DNA from: Oopsacas minuta | Lineage: Eukaryota > Animalia > Porifera | Direction of reading: 5' to 3' | Assembly: GCA_024704765.1 (NCBI GenBank) | Contig: JAKMXF010000066.1 | Location: forward strand, 314,499 to 378,498 | Length of the DNA: 64,000 nucleotides | In this document: in pieces, positions 26,001 through 38,420 of the stretch | How the letters are laid out: each line of letters opens with the position of its first letter | Position numbering within the stretch: position 1 is the first letter of the stretch | The notes under the pieces: generated by a model | Databases searched by the model: none | What the model saw: only the letters and a program-made list of their open reading frames with translations | Told to the model about the DNA's origin: nothing | Program-made: the position numbers and the translations under genes

Positions 26001-27701
26001 AAATACAGTCCTTGTTTGTTCCAAGACCTCATGACTGCTTGTTGGACAGCTGATCCTGACGACCGTCCTACCATGGAGGAATGTGAAAATATAGCCAGTA
26101 ATCCTCTATTTAGCGAAATTCGTAGTATAATGTCCTTTGAGAAAATGGTTAGATTCGCTTCCCATGCTGTTATCACCAACACCCTGAGTGAGACACGAAT
26201 TCCTGGGGATTCTATGGATTTACAGCCGTTAGGCATGGAAGGAGGACTCACCGATTCCATGAAGAGGTATGGTAGTATGTCAATGGAGCCGAGAAAGCCA
26301 AGAATCAAATCTGACATAATTGACTTTGGAAACTTACTCACAGGGGAGAATACACAGATTTGGCTAGGTGCATTTAATGATCCGTATAGGAATAAAGTTG
26401 CAATAGTACAGTATCTGCATGGGCAATTAGGAAGTCGTGTATGGTTTGTAGATGTTTTACCATCAGGGGGAGATGCCTACATAACAGTGCTTACTTCAGT
26501 TAACAAGCAAGTATGGCTAGGTACTAATGAGGGAAAGATAATTGTGATTGATGGAACTTGCTTTAAGAAACTACCAGTTGAATATTCTAATTTAAATACA
26601 AATGAAATACACGCAATTAAGCACGTTGAAATAATGAAGAAAGTGTTTATATCATTTCGCAGTAATGACGTTGCAATTCTAGAAGATAAATTGGAAGTGG
26701 AACTATCAGGAAACTACAAATTTATTATAACAGTTTTCATTACAACAGATAATCCTATATTCACATTCCACCCTGTACAGAGGCATACTAACAGCTGGGA
26801 AGTATGGGGAACTAAGGATGGGTGTACCATAGAAGTTTTCCCGCAGTTACCCAATGGTAAACTCGGTCAGAACTTTAGCAAGTCATTATCAGTAGATCCT
26901 ACTGTTAAGTATCAGCGATTTCATTGCATCGCTTCCTGTTTTCAGGAGGATATACCCGAACAGAAAATAGATGGATATGCAGTAGTATGGATATCTGAAT
27001 GGCAGAGAGCTACAGCTTATGTAATGGGGGTTTTGAGTAGGTCATTGAGAGCTGGTGTGCCAATACCTAAGGATTTGAATAATCCTGATGCGATTAAAGA
27101 GGTAAGATAATACAGTCCAACAGAACTCCTGTTATATCGAATACGGATACATTATAGAAATACCCGCTTATATCCAAGTCTGAAATTGCACAATTATAGT
27201 ATCGAAGTAACATAAATTACACCGGTTAATCAAAACCTGCTTATTTCGAAGTAATTATCGCGGTCACTTGAGCTTGAGTTTTGATTTGTTAATATATTCG
27301 TACTAATTAGTGTGGAACAAATTGTTGCTTATATAGAATGAGCAAAGCCAAATGAATCTCTTTCGAATATGTACAATGTTATCCATGGTTTATTGTTGTG
27401 TATCTGTGTTTAGATTTCTTCTATGTATAATAAAGGCAGGACAATCTACTTGGGAGTGAGTGATGGACACGTGTATAAATTTGATATGGTATCAAGACAA
27501 TTGCTAAATTCCTATGCAATTCATCAAACTAAAGTCAGGAAAATAATTCCATTACCTGCACTAGCGAATGGTAGTGTTTGTGCTGAGAAATGCTGTGAAG
27601 ATCAGCAAATAGTTATAACAGTAGGTAACGGGTTCTATCAACACATTCCTTCTGTAAAGAAAAGCAGAGATTTGTGTCTTGTTGCATTCAGTTTGTCTTA
27701 A
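20061..27701 (+). CDS. Lrrk: LRRK-type ROCO kinase: ANK repeats, LRR, Roc GTPase, COR, Ser/Thr kinase (catalytic loop HLD, DYG), C-terminal WD40-like; join(20061..27101,27414..27701)
   Basis: The first exon is a 7041-bp continuous ORF from a true ATG at 20061. Roc motifs are VIGSFNQGKTSLL (P-loop), WDFAGQEEY (switch II) and GTHLDK. Kinase motifs are VHLDLKAANILV, KLADYGT and GTPGYIAPEV. A GTAAGA donor sits immediately after ...AIKE (exon ends 27101), and a ctgtgtttag acceptor at 27412-13 restores the frame into ISSMYNKGRTIYLGVSDGHVYKFD... up to the stop at 27699-27701. The 312-bp intron contains a MITE. Confidence 0.85.
27111..27280. mobile_element. MITE family A copy inside the single LRRK intron
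   Basis: acagtccaacagaactcctgttatatcgaatacggata ... cgcggtcacttgagcttgagtt. Confidence 0.55.
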
Positions 27702-30700
27702 TTATTTCATATAGTTGTACACATTATTATTATTATTAATTAGGATAATGCTTGGAGGACAATTAATTATTTCAAATAGTACTTGAAAGTAATTTAGATC
27801 CATTGATTGCAGCTGGAGATCGATTTATATTTATATCAGTAGAAATTAGAAATTAGCATACGTACTTCCAGGTGTTATGTTTAGAGGCAAAAATACATTA
27901 ATTAAGTTAATAAACAATTGGTAGGGCTGTAAGGTTATTCAGAGCACACTGGTAGAGCTCCAATCATTACGCCTAAATAAGTAAATTACACATACGGTTG
28001 TAGGGAAAGATCTACAGTTATCACGTTAAAAGTGTATTATTATCAAAATCAACGCGTAGAGGAACGTCTGGTGCTCCTAGATTCCTTTAAAAGATCCTTC
28101 TACTCAATTAATTATATTTACATTTACTATACAAGAATTTACTTAAAGAAATATATTTCCGATACATTATTGAGTTATCATAAATATTATCACCATTTGA
28201 ATCTGTATTAATTGAATTAGAATAAAGCTAATATATTATTAGAATAATATATTTAAAGATATGCCATCATATTCCTGTCTCTTTATCTCATCGTAATGCA
28301 TGTGATCATCCTAGCATTAAGATTAGCTAATGTACGCTAGTAGCAAAATACACATAAGGTATTGGGTGGGGGGAAGTCTAAGTGATGTGTAAGGAATCTT
28401 ATTATGTATTGTATTTATCGTATCTTATCTACACTGAGTTTATATAATATTAACAGAATCGTAATTCTAGCTATCATAATTAGATCTACTGAGAAATTTA
28501 GTGCTGTGACTTTTTCAAAATGAGCCTTGTACAAATATCTCTATGTGACCAGATTGAGAGTACAAAGGAAACATATCCTTTGTTTGTACGTATATAGGCG
28601 GTCCTTGATTAGCTAAAATATTTCATTTTATCTAATATTACTAGGATAATTCCACTCAATTTGGTTTCGAAATAGCTGAATGTATCCAAATCGGTGATAC
28701 ATAATTTGAGTGTAAAACTACAGGAAATTCACAATAATTACTGAATAATATTATAAGCAATTGTGAAAGTAGAAAATAATAATCCAGATGTCTTTATGCA
28801 AATAATTATCCCTTATAAGGAATTGAAATTTTACGTCCAACTAACATAAATATGCTGATAAAATCATGTTACGTCAAACTACTGTACACAGTGACGTAAT
28901 TTCATAAGATTCTGATAATTAGAATAATTCAGTACAAGAACTGTATCCCTGTATCCTACGTCAATACCCAATAGAACTTCTGGCAGATCTAATACGTCAT
29001 AGTATAATATCTATGGAGTAACTTTTGCCTACTGAACAATGAGGATTTACCTAAAGCAGTAGACAATATTTTTCTGAATACTATATCTTTGTCGTGTTGA
29101 CTAGACATCTTGTAAGTGAAATAATGACATAATTTTAGAGTCAGTAATTATTAAATTTCGTGTAACAGTCATGTTTGTGTAACTGTGAAGATTATGCAAG
29201 GTTTATTAATAATGACCTTATCTCCCTTGCTGTGTTAGATACATGATTCATCGGGTTAATGGTGAACAAAGGTTGCCTAGTCATTTGATAATGAATACTA
29301 TATTATAATGAAGGACTCGTATCTTTGATGTAGTTATGGTTTGTATTTTCAGCTTTACATATACCTTGTGATACTATATCAGCTGATTAGATAATTAATC
29401 TTAAATTTCAAACAAATTGTAGTAATTAAAACATTATTAACCAACTTAAGTATAGTTTAAACAGGGTTGTTACTTGTAGCCTTTTTCTAACCAAATTTTC
29501 AGGATATGAGAAAATTTGTATTTCCGTTCGATTTCCATTAGATTATTCACTATTTTATCTATTTTCCCAACATATTTATGGAACAAATGAAAGATAAACC
29601 AGTTTCTGCTGTATATTATATAATTCGTCTACATGATACTAAAGTGCCAAATATTTCATACAAAATGGAGAGATTCAGGGAAATATTCAAGCGGCAAAAA
29701 AATCTATATTTCCTATTCGTTAGCTGTAGAAATATTGTAAATTATATTAAATGAAAATCAATTACGTCAATTAGCTATGAAAATAGATCGTTTCTTACAT
29801 ATTATGGTTAGCTATTAATGTATTCGTAGTAAACCACTTAATATCCACAATCACGTTTTGTAAACTCTTAATAATTTGTTTATTATTATAAATTTATTGA
29901 ATAAAAGTAATTTCTTCTCAGAAATTCACATTGGTTCTCAGTATAAACTTAACACAATTATATAAATAAACCAATTTACAATAGATTGCATTGATAATTA
30001 TATGACAATTGTATTATCAAAATCAATTTGTGGCGCAAGATGCTTTAATTAAACAGATGCAAGTGAGATTCAAATTTTCAACATTACACAATTATACTTG
30101 AAAATTTCCAATTTAAATAATTAAGTCACTCAATGGTGCATACTGTCCCAGGTGGGCACAAATTTGAAACTGGCATCTGATACAGGTGGTCTTAAATTTT
30201 AAGATGATCACAGAATTTACCTGAATTATTCTCTGAGATCAGATTAGGTTTCACTGTAATTCATAAATATACAATAATTCATTTAGTAGAGGAAACTAAT
30301 ACCAGCAGGATAGAAGAATCAATCAATACATTATCTTTAATGCTGATAGAAATCTAACAACTTATAGAGTAAATACGCATACATTTCTAATGATGAAAGA
30401 AATTGTGTCGACTCAACTATCTGAACGGCTAATCGGGTCACTAAATCAAGATGTGATGATCTGGCCACCCACTTATTGTGTGTAATATTAATGCGTCTTG
30501 CAAGGAATGGCATAAAAAATTGTAGCGAATTTTTGAAAAAATATCGAAAAATATCGGGAATATTGGAGAATTAGCCGATATATGCACTCTGTATTAATTC
30601 TCTAAATAATCATTTGATGCTATATTTAATATGATGAATATGCTTAGATATAAAATTTTACCAAAATGAACTAACAGCAGAGATATCCGTGTAAATATAA

Positions 30701-31715
30701 TTATTTCTATATAAAGTAATGCAAACTACAAGCTGTTGTGTAATATAATTTAGTGAACGCGTTGCAAAAATATTGTATCTTATAGGTGTACTGTTTGATG
30801 AATTTAGACCAAGGCCAGTGGTTCGAATCCAAAGTGTAATTCTCCCCAGAAATTGACCTCTCTGCTAGTTGCTATTTAAATCATCATATCACTGCGAATA
30901 ATTATTATGCTTGATGTTTCAAAATAGGAGCCATGTATTTTGATTGGATTTACCTGAGAGATTGACAATGTAACTCAAACGTAGAACATAGCAAATAAGA
31001 TTCGGTTGTAATATTTTAATCTAGTCTTATAAAATTCCCAAAATTGTTAAAAAATGTAATACAGTGGAACCTCGTAATACGAACCAAACGGACGGTTTGT
31101 TCGCTCTACCTAGTGTTAACTGCGTACATACTTTAGTGTACGGTATCAATTAACTCTATGGGCGAATTTCCAGAGCATATATAGAGCAATTACGTGTCGG
31201 AAAGGGTTCTAATAGCAAGTCATAGCACTCAACTTCCAATCTGAATATAATTAAATGAAAACTGTAAAGGATAGCGTGAATTAACACAAATTAACCTTAC
31301 TAATATACTTCCATAAGACAGTTTCTTATTGTAAGAAACCTATCAATTTTAATGTTAAATATTTATGAGATATATTCGTAGTAGTTAATAACGTATAATT
31401 GTCACGGTGCACAAAGCTAACTTGAGCGTGGATAAAGTAATCAAAAGTAACTATCTTGAGATTCATGATTGAAACTCTCAATAAATAATCACACGTGTAT
31501 TTATAGACACATCGGTACAAGTAACGAGATCCTAGGTAAACATCCAATTTGCAATGCAATGCAGCAAATTGCCTGTGAAGAGTATAAATAGTAATAATGC
31601 TCTGAAGCAAGTCAGACTACAACTACTATTTATGCAAAATTTTGTTTCCATCTCCTTCGTAAATTAAATTAATTCTCACACAATACAACATTCATTCCCA
31701 CAAAAAACCTTGAAT

Positions 31716-33983
31716 ATGTATCAAATTCCACAAAGAAAACCCCTTACCCCAGATTTACATGGTAGTAACAAAAACTTTTTCACAAACAGAAATTATTCAA
31801 ATCCTGAAACGACAAAACCCAAAATTCGAACAAGTTTTACAATGAAACTTAAAGCTATTCTCAAACCACAGTCTGCATCTTCTCGTGTGCCTAAAGCTAC
31901 TCGTACACCCTCTGGGAAGAAAGTAACTTGGAATTTGGATGAGGAACAAGTACAACCAGGAGAGTCAAATGTTGCAGAAGTAGAAGCATGGCCTTCTCCA
32001 GATACCAAGGAAGATGCAGTTGAACCGGTTTCTAAGGAACATGGTAGTTATGTAATGTTACCAGGTATAAGTAGTGATGAAGACACCACCCCAACTCACG
32101 TATCTCATCACAGACAAGATAATATTTACGAACCGATTATCCCTATCCACACCAGAACCTTGAATCCATTGAGAGCAGCTACATACCTTCCTAAAGTTTC
32201 ACACAGACAAAGTTCTTCACTTCCAAGCGCAGAAACTCCAAATGAAAATCAGGTTTTAGATCATAAAAGATTTTCAAGTTTGGATTATTTAGAAGAAGAA
32301 AAGTTGAGTTACGAAAATCATCAAGAAGCGCCATGGTACAAAAAAGCTAATGTTGATTGGACCAAGAATAGATTGAAACCTGGTAGTGTTACAAAGCCAG
32401 TACGATTTGACCTCAACTCTTGGTCAGAGAAGGAAAGAAATCATTCAATTTTAGATGATCTTTCACAGTTTCTTGATGAAAACACGGATTCGGCTGCATC
32501 GAACAAGCGAATATCATTTCCTCCTGATGACCAAATATCTACAATTGAAAGTGATGTTTCTAGTGTTAATACATTTTTTGAGAATGAAGATCGAATTGTA
32601 AATACAGAATTGCTACCGTTTTTGTACGAAACTCCTCTGCAATACCAGCCCTATACATCTACACTATCAAGCGCCTACAACACAATACTACCTCCATTGC
32701 AACATCAACCTCCACGCAAATATCAAGAAAACTATATTATACTTCCAATGCAGAGTTATACAATAAGTACAGTTTGTGAGGTTACGTTTTCTAGTCAAAT
32801 AACTTTACTGCTCTCTGACTCACTAACAGAAATTACCTTTGAAACTAACGAAACTCCGTCCACACCAACCATAACGAAAAAAGAATCCCCCACAATTTAT
32901 GAATTATCAGATAGACAGTGTCCTCCTTTATATATTAACACCTCAACTTCCTTACCGCACCTAAACTGTGTTACCAAATCAAATCCTCGTATGAGCTATA
33001 GGCAAATGAGTCAAGAAGGCAAAAACACTACGCTTCCACGAGCGAATCGATCTCATCGATCTCGTTATGAACACTTTACAAATGAAGAATCTATTTGGAC
33101 CAAACATAATTCGGTTCAACCAGTAGAAATGTGTGTCACTCCATCCAGTGGATCTGACCCTTACCTAGCATGCGATAAATCCACTGGACAAATGATTTCT
33201 CCCAATCTCAAACGGGTGCCATTCAGACGCGGGCATTTAGAGAAAAATCATCCACCAATGAAATCAACATCATTCTCACATCTGTACACAAGCTGCAACC
33301 ACCCACCATCGAGACCAGTAGGGTCCCTAAAATGCAGCTATTCAGCAAGTTGTGTTAGAGATGAACACCAGCAGAATCCAAGTTCTTACGTATGCTACAC
33401 GGCTCATGACGCTACTCCAGCATATATAGCACAAGAATCACAGAGACCATATATGAATATAGACATAGAACAAATGAATCGTTACTGTATGCTAGGAGGG
33501 GATGAGGATTTGAACATTGGTTATAGAGCTCCACCGCGATATTTCACACCTCATGCAATAGGAGTTTGCTCGGAATGCAAAGAATACATCTACCCAGCTC
33601 CTTGTCAACCCGTTAGAATAAATAAAAGAATATTCCATCCTGATTGTTTCAAGTGCACAGATTGCTATTCACTTCTACATGTATTGTCTTATCAAGAAGT
33701 TCAAGGCAAATTCTACTGTCTACGTGATTTCAAGAGACATATTGATTGTTATGTTTGTAAACAACCGCTTGCTGCTTATAGAGGAAGAGAAAGCCCTGTT
33801 AATATATATGACAAGTTCTTTCACCCACAATGCTATCGCTGTACTTCATGCAGTACACAAAATCAGAAATTATCATTTGACGGAAGATGGCTACTTTGTA
33901 TTCACTGTACACAAGCCAGACGTCAACAAACTATAAAGCCAACTCAATTAAAACCAAGGGTCACACTCGTCACTCTTCTTTAA
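31716..33983 (+). CDS. LIM-domain protein, intronless, long Ser/Thr/Pro-rich N-terminal region and two C-terminal LIM zinc fingers
   Basis: 757-codon ORF with the first ATG at 31716 (the track start at 31710 is TTG). C-terminal LIM domains: CSECKEYIYPAPCQPVRINKRIFHPDCFKCTDC...C and CYVCKQPLAAY...HPQCYRCTSC...CIHC. Confidence 0.6.
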   Translation: MYQIPQRKPLTPDLHGSNKNFFTNRNYSNPETTKPKIRTSFTMKLKAILKPQSASSRVPKATRTPSGKKVTWNLDEEQVQPGESNVAEVEAWPSPDTKEDAVEPVSKEHGSYVMLPGISSDEDTTPTHVSHHRQDNIYEPIIPIHTRTLNPLRAATYLPKVSHRQSSSLPSAETPNENQVLDHKRFSSLDYLEEEKLSYENHQEAPWYKKANVDWTKNRLKPGSVTKPVRFDLNSWSEKERNHSILDDLSQFLDENTDSAASNKRISFPPDDQISTIESDVSSVNTFFENEDRIVNTELLPFLYETPLQYQPYTSTLSSAYNTILPPLQHQPPRKYQENYIILPMQSYTISTVCEVTFSSQITLLLSDSLTEITFETNETPSTPTITKKESPTIYELSDRQCPPLYINTSTSLPHLNCVTKSNPRMSYRQMSQEGKNTTLPRANRSHRSRYEHFTNEESIWTKHNSVQPVEMCVTPSSGSDPYLACDKSTGQMISPNLKRVPFRRGHLEKNHPPMKSTSFSHLYTSCNHPPSRPVGSLKCSYSASCVRDEHQQNPSSYVCYTAHDATPAYIAQESQRPYMNIDIEQMNRYCMLGGDEDLNIGYRAPPRYFTPHAIGVCSECKEYIYPAPCQPVRINKRIFHPDCFKCTDCYSLLHVLSYQEVQGKFYCLRDFKRHIDCYVCKQPLAAYRGRESPVNIYDKFFHPQCYRCTSCSTQNQKLSFDGRWLLCIHCTQARRQQTIKPTQLKPRVTLVTLL

Positions 33984-34140
33984 TGTATTTCTCGAATGCT
34001 TCAACATTACAACACTCATCTCTCAATTTCTAAGCTATAAATTTTAATTTTTATAAAAGTATGGAATTTATTATACTTTATTATTCTATTATTAGAATGG
34101 AACTAAATCGCTTTTGAATTGCAAATACCGATGAAAAAAT

Positions 34141-34249
34141 ATGTTACGGTTTGGGGCCATATTGTATAATTCGGGACACTCGATATAAATAGATATTTCG
34201 AATTTTGAATTTATATATCTGAGTTGGATATAACGGGATTTGACTGTAG
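34141..34249. mobile_element. MITE family A partial copy (3' half), intergenic
   Basis: ...gagttggatataacgggatttgactgtagc. Confidence 0.4.
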
Positions 34250-36337
34250 CAGGTATATTATGCCAGCAAGATTATAATTTATGCAAAGCTAAGCCTTGTA
34301 ATAATACTTTTAGACAGACTTAAATTGCGTTTGAGATAGAACAGACAGTCTAATTATTACTATAATATCTCTTGGAAAATCCTACATAAAATAGCAATAA
34401 TGATTCTACGCAGCAACAGACAATAAGTATATCAGAAATTATGTTTAATTCCATTTAATAGCAATTGGGTGATATCTATCCAGTAATAATCATAATGCAT
34501 TACTCAAACAAGACAATCTGGTGTTAATAATAGCCAATAATTGTGTGTTTGTGTGGAAGTTAGAAAATGTACCTGAAATCCCGGGTTTAATTAGCACCGG
34601 GGGCAAAAGCTGTACTCGCAATTTGTGGTAAATTTAGTGATCAACATTTCATTGTTAAAAGATGTTTACGGAAATTATCAAAGAAAGTTGAAAATAAAAG
34701 CAATCACTATTCAAAACGTATACACAAATTTTCCATTATTCGTATAAGATAATTATTAATAATAAAACGAATAATAATCAACCAAACTGTGTTGCAATAT
34801 ATTGTTATATTCTGTGTAAACAAATTAAGTATTAGCAACTCAATGAATTAACCAGAAGATAAGAATTGAAAGATTATATTATGTACAGAAAAGGTTATAC
34901 AAAAGTACACTTCCTTTTTGTTAAGATTTCCATAAATAATTATCTCAAATTGTAAATGTATATCTGTTAGGAGGGTTTGTGGCTTATGGCAATATTGGTA
35001 CATACACTTCTTTGGGTTTATCGTTATAAATCATTGCGGGACATATATACTAAGATATTAATGTATTTCGTATGTCTGCAACACTCTGCATAGATGAAAG
35101 TTGAATTAAAAATTCATTTGAACGCAGTACTATCTCCTGCAAATTAACTTATACCCACTCGTAACGAATAAGATAAATCATAAATGTATTAATCAACGGT
35201 TAGTGCAGTCAACTTGGTGAATTAGTGTTCAACACTACAGCTGAATAAAGTGCATAATAGAAGGATTAATTATTTGACTTACACCGAAAATATACATATG
35301 CGATATCGCGGATTTCTGCATGTCTACAGAATAATTGAAAGCAAACTATGTGACGGCACAACGATTTGAAAAAGAGCTTTCAATGCTAACTTGGAGATCC
35401 AGGTGTAAATAACAAAAGGCTGTTATGAATATTATTAATAAATGTTTGCATGGATATAGAGAAATTTGGGATTGAATATAGCATGCTTAAGAACCAAAAT
35501 TGATAAAATCTGACAATTTTTGTACTAAAGAAATTAATGAATAATTAGCCGAAAAATACCAAAAATGAATTGAAAGACAGTAAAACAACCAAATAGAGGG
35601 GAAAAGAAATACAGTAGAGTCCGCTTAAGCAATCATAATCTATACTATACTAAAATTTCGTCAGTCGATGACAATATATTTGAATTATTACTTCATATAA
35701 ATGTGTAAAGCCAATTAAATAAGTAATACAGCATAAACATATGATAATAACAGGCAACCTTAGATTATTATTATCTCAGAAATAAATCTTCACTCATAAA
35801 TTAACAAAATATGACGTATGACAAGAAAGTAATATATATTATCAGGCCTCTGATTAGAAGTAAAGTCATGAATTAGAATCACAAGAAAAGACAATTTCTA
35901 ATGCGCGATTACTTACTCAAATCAAACAATGAATTTCGTATACTTCTGCCAAATCATTGGATGTATTGCTCAAGAGATATCGTTTGAATAAGTTTCAAAT
36001 CAACTCCACCTTTTACAGGAGATATGAAACCTTATACGTACCCAAATATTGTGATAACTTATACTTATAATTGCTAAAATATGCTATGAGATATCTCTAA
36101 CATTCACAAAGCATGGCAAAATCTAAGTTCAATGAAAATATTACGTGAAAAGTTTTCCTATCCGATTCTATTAAATTGCAGATAGTTCAAGCACATGTCT
36201 CTATTGATTCAATGATAATACTGGATAGTATCCCACCCTCTGGTAAGGCGATATCTGAAAGTATAGTGTATTTCATAGTAGGTTTATCCTATTGGAATAA
36301 AACTGATCCTCTAGTGCTGGTCTCATATATTGTATCC

Positions 36338-38420
36338 ATGAATATGCTACTACAGCTACTAGCAGTACTCGTGTCATTGAGTGTTACATCACCTGCATTT
36401 ATACCGGAGCTATACCAAGGTATTGGGCCGGTATTGTTCCCTGATACGTTGAGTTCGCAGTGTAGTGGGGTAGATAATGTGATTCCGCCATTCACTGGTA
36501 AGCCTACATTCGTGAAAAAGGTCGATAACGGTGCTCTATTCAAGATACAGACAAACACTTCAAATCTCCACATAATGCATGTATTTGGTACTCCCTATCA
36601 AATGGGTTATGCACATGGCAAGCTACTAACCGAGGAAATGAAGACTATATTGGATCAATTTGATAAGCATCTGGTCCAGGAGGGAGAGGCAATTCTACCC
36701 AAAATTAGATCAAATTGGTTGAAGAAAGCTGAAGATTTCTTAGTGAATCAAACCATCGATGAGCTTCTCGACTTAACCTATGACACAACATCCGTCTTCT
36801 TCAATAAAACAGCTCCGTATTGGGAGCAGGAATTACAGGGCATATCAGATGCTAGCGGGATCAGTATAGTTATGCTAAGACGTATGCACATGATACCAGA
36901 GCTATTCAAAGCTAAATGCTCTATGGTAGGAGGATGGGGTGAGGCTGTGAAAGAGAAAGATGAGTTGTATCAGCTGAGAGCTCTAGACTGGGATACAGAC
37001 GGGGGATTACAGAGATATCCTATAGTGATTGTATATCATCCAAATAAGGACAACGGACATGACTTCAGTACACTGACATGGCCAGGACTCATAGGTGCAA
37101 TTACAGGGATGTCATCTGCTGGTGAGTTATATAATAATTTAGCTTAACTTAACTAATATTAAGAGATGTTGCATACCTTTTCGGAGTAAGGAGTTTAGAT
37201 AAATTTTGGATTTTCCGAAGGCCTCATTACTTCTTAATGACAAACGCAAACAGTAAATCTAGTTTGGTAAACACTTATATCAAAGATACTGATATCAATG
37301 TACGAAGTTTACAATGACGCTCTCTACATGATAAATGCAATTAGAAGGACTCAGTAGTAGAGACTGGTTAGGTTATCACTTGTATGTTGTAACTCCCAGA
37401 AGTAGTGACTAATGTAAATATGAAAGAAGTTGAGAGATAACAATAATTACCAATTAAATAATTAAAGTACAAAAGATGGATTAGAATAATTATACTCTGA
37501 AACAGAGAGTGCTATTATCACACAAGTTGAATATATGTAGTTAATTCCAGTAAATTCTAAGAATGTTATCTTCAATTTGAGACATAGATTTTTGTAGCTC
37601 AAGTAAGTAACATTTAGATGAACTACAGAAATTAGTTTAAGAACCGAGTAAGCGCCACTCAAATAAACGCAAGGGGCTCTGTATGAGAGAGAATGTTCAA
37701 GGAAATACGGAAAATTTAGATTCGCTCAAATAAACTTGAAATCGAATTGAGGATTTCAAATTACATTTTAACCGTCTCAAAGAATTTTAATAATTATGGT
37801 TAGTGGAATTAATGCAAATATTCCCTCTCATAGGCTTGGCTATCTCAGAAATAGGAGCTGACATACCATTCGGAGAAGAATCAAGAATAGGATACCCATT
37901 CTTCTTCCTATTACGAGACATCCTCCAGTTTGATAACAAACGGGAAGATGCGCTAAAAAGAATGAAGAATTCTTACAGAACTTGCTCAATTTGGGTGGGA
38001 GTGGGAGACAGGAATGAATTAGCATTTAACATAACACAATACTCGTACTCAACATGTAATGTATTAGATGACGTCACTGTTGCTAAAGTAGACCCAAAAC
38101 GCATGATACGTGAAGGTTGCGCTGGCGATTGTATCACCAATTATTTCGCAGAAAATGTAGCTTATTGGGGAATACACTTAGGATGCTGGCAGGAAGAAAT
38201 CGCGAAAAATAAAAAAGACATTAATGTGGAAAGTATAATAAAAATGGTAGGCAGAGTCAAAACAGGGAACTTACATATAGCAGTATATGACCATAAACAA
38301 TTCAAGATGTATGTGGCTAATGCAAAACCTGATTCAGCTGAATTGGTTGGAAGTAATAATGCATATGACCAGCAGTTTATACAGCTAGATATGCCGACTC
38401 TATTCAAATACCGTATATAA
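36338..38420 (+). CDS. Secreted peptidase-C45 family Ntn-hydrolase (acyl-CoA:6-aminopenicillanic-acid acyltransferase / Drosophila Tan-like); join(36338..37121,37834..38420)
   Basis: Signal peptide MNMLLQLLAVLVSLSVTS from the ATG at 36338 (the track ORF starts upstream on TTG). Collinear with Penicillium IAT: GTPYQMGYAHG (IAT GTPFEIGYEHG), IVMLRRMHM..FKAKCSMVGGWGEAV (IAT IVMLNTRTE..AARDGCTTAYCQ), ALDWDT (IAT QNWDF) and GMSSAG...LAISEIGAD (IAT GFNSAGVAVNYNAL). Donor GTGAGT at 37122, acceptor ctctcatag at 37832-33, phase 1 on both sides. Stop at 38418-20. Confidence 0.75.

Noticed and set aside
30817-30827. GGTTCGAATCC (tRNA T-arm consensus) at 30817-30827
   Set aside because: Flanking bases cannot form a T-stem or the rest of a cloverleaf; likely a chance match or a decayed tRNA-derived fragment.
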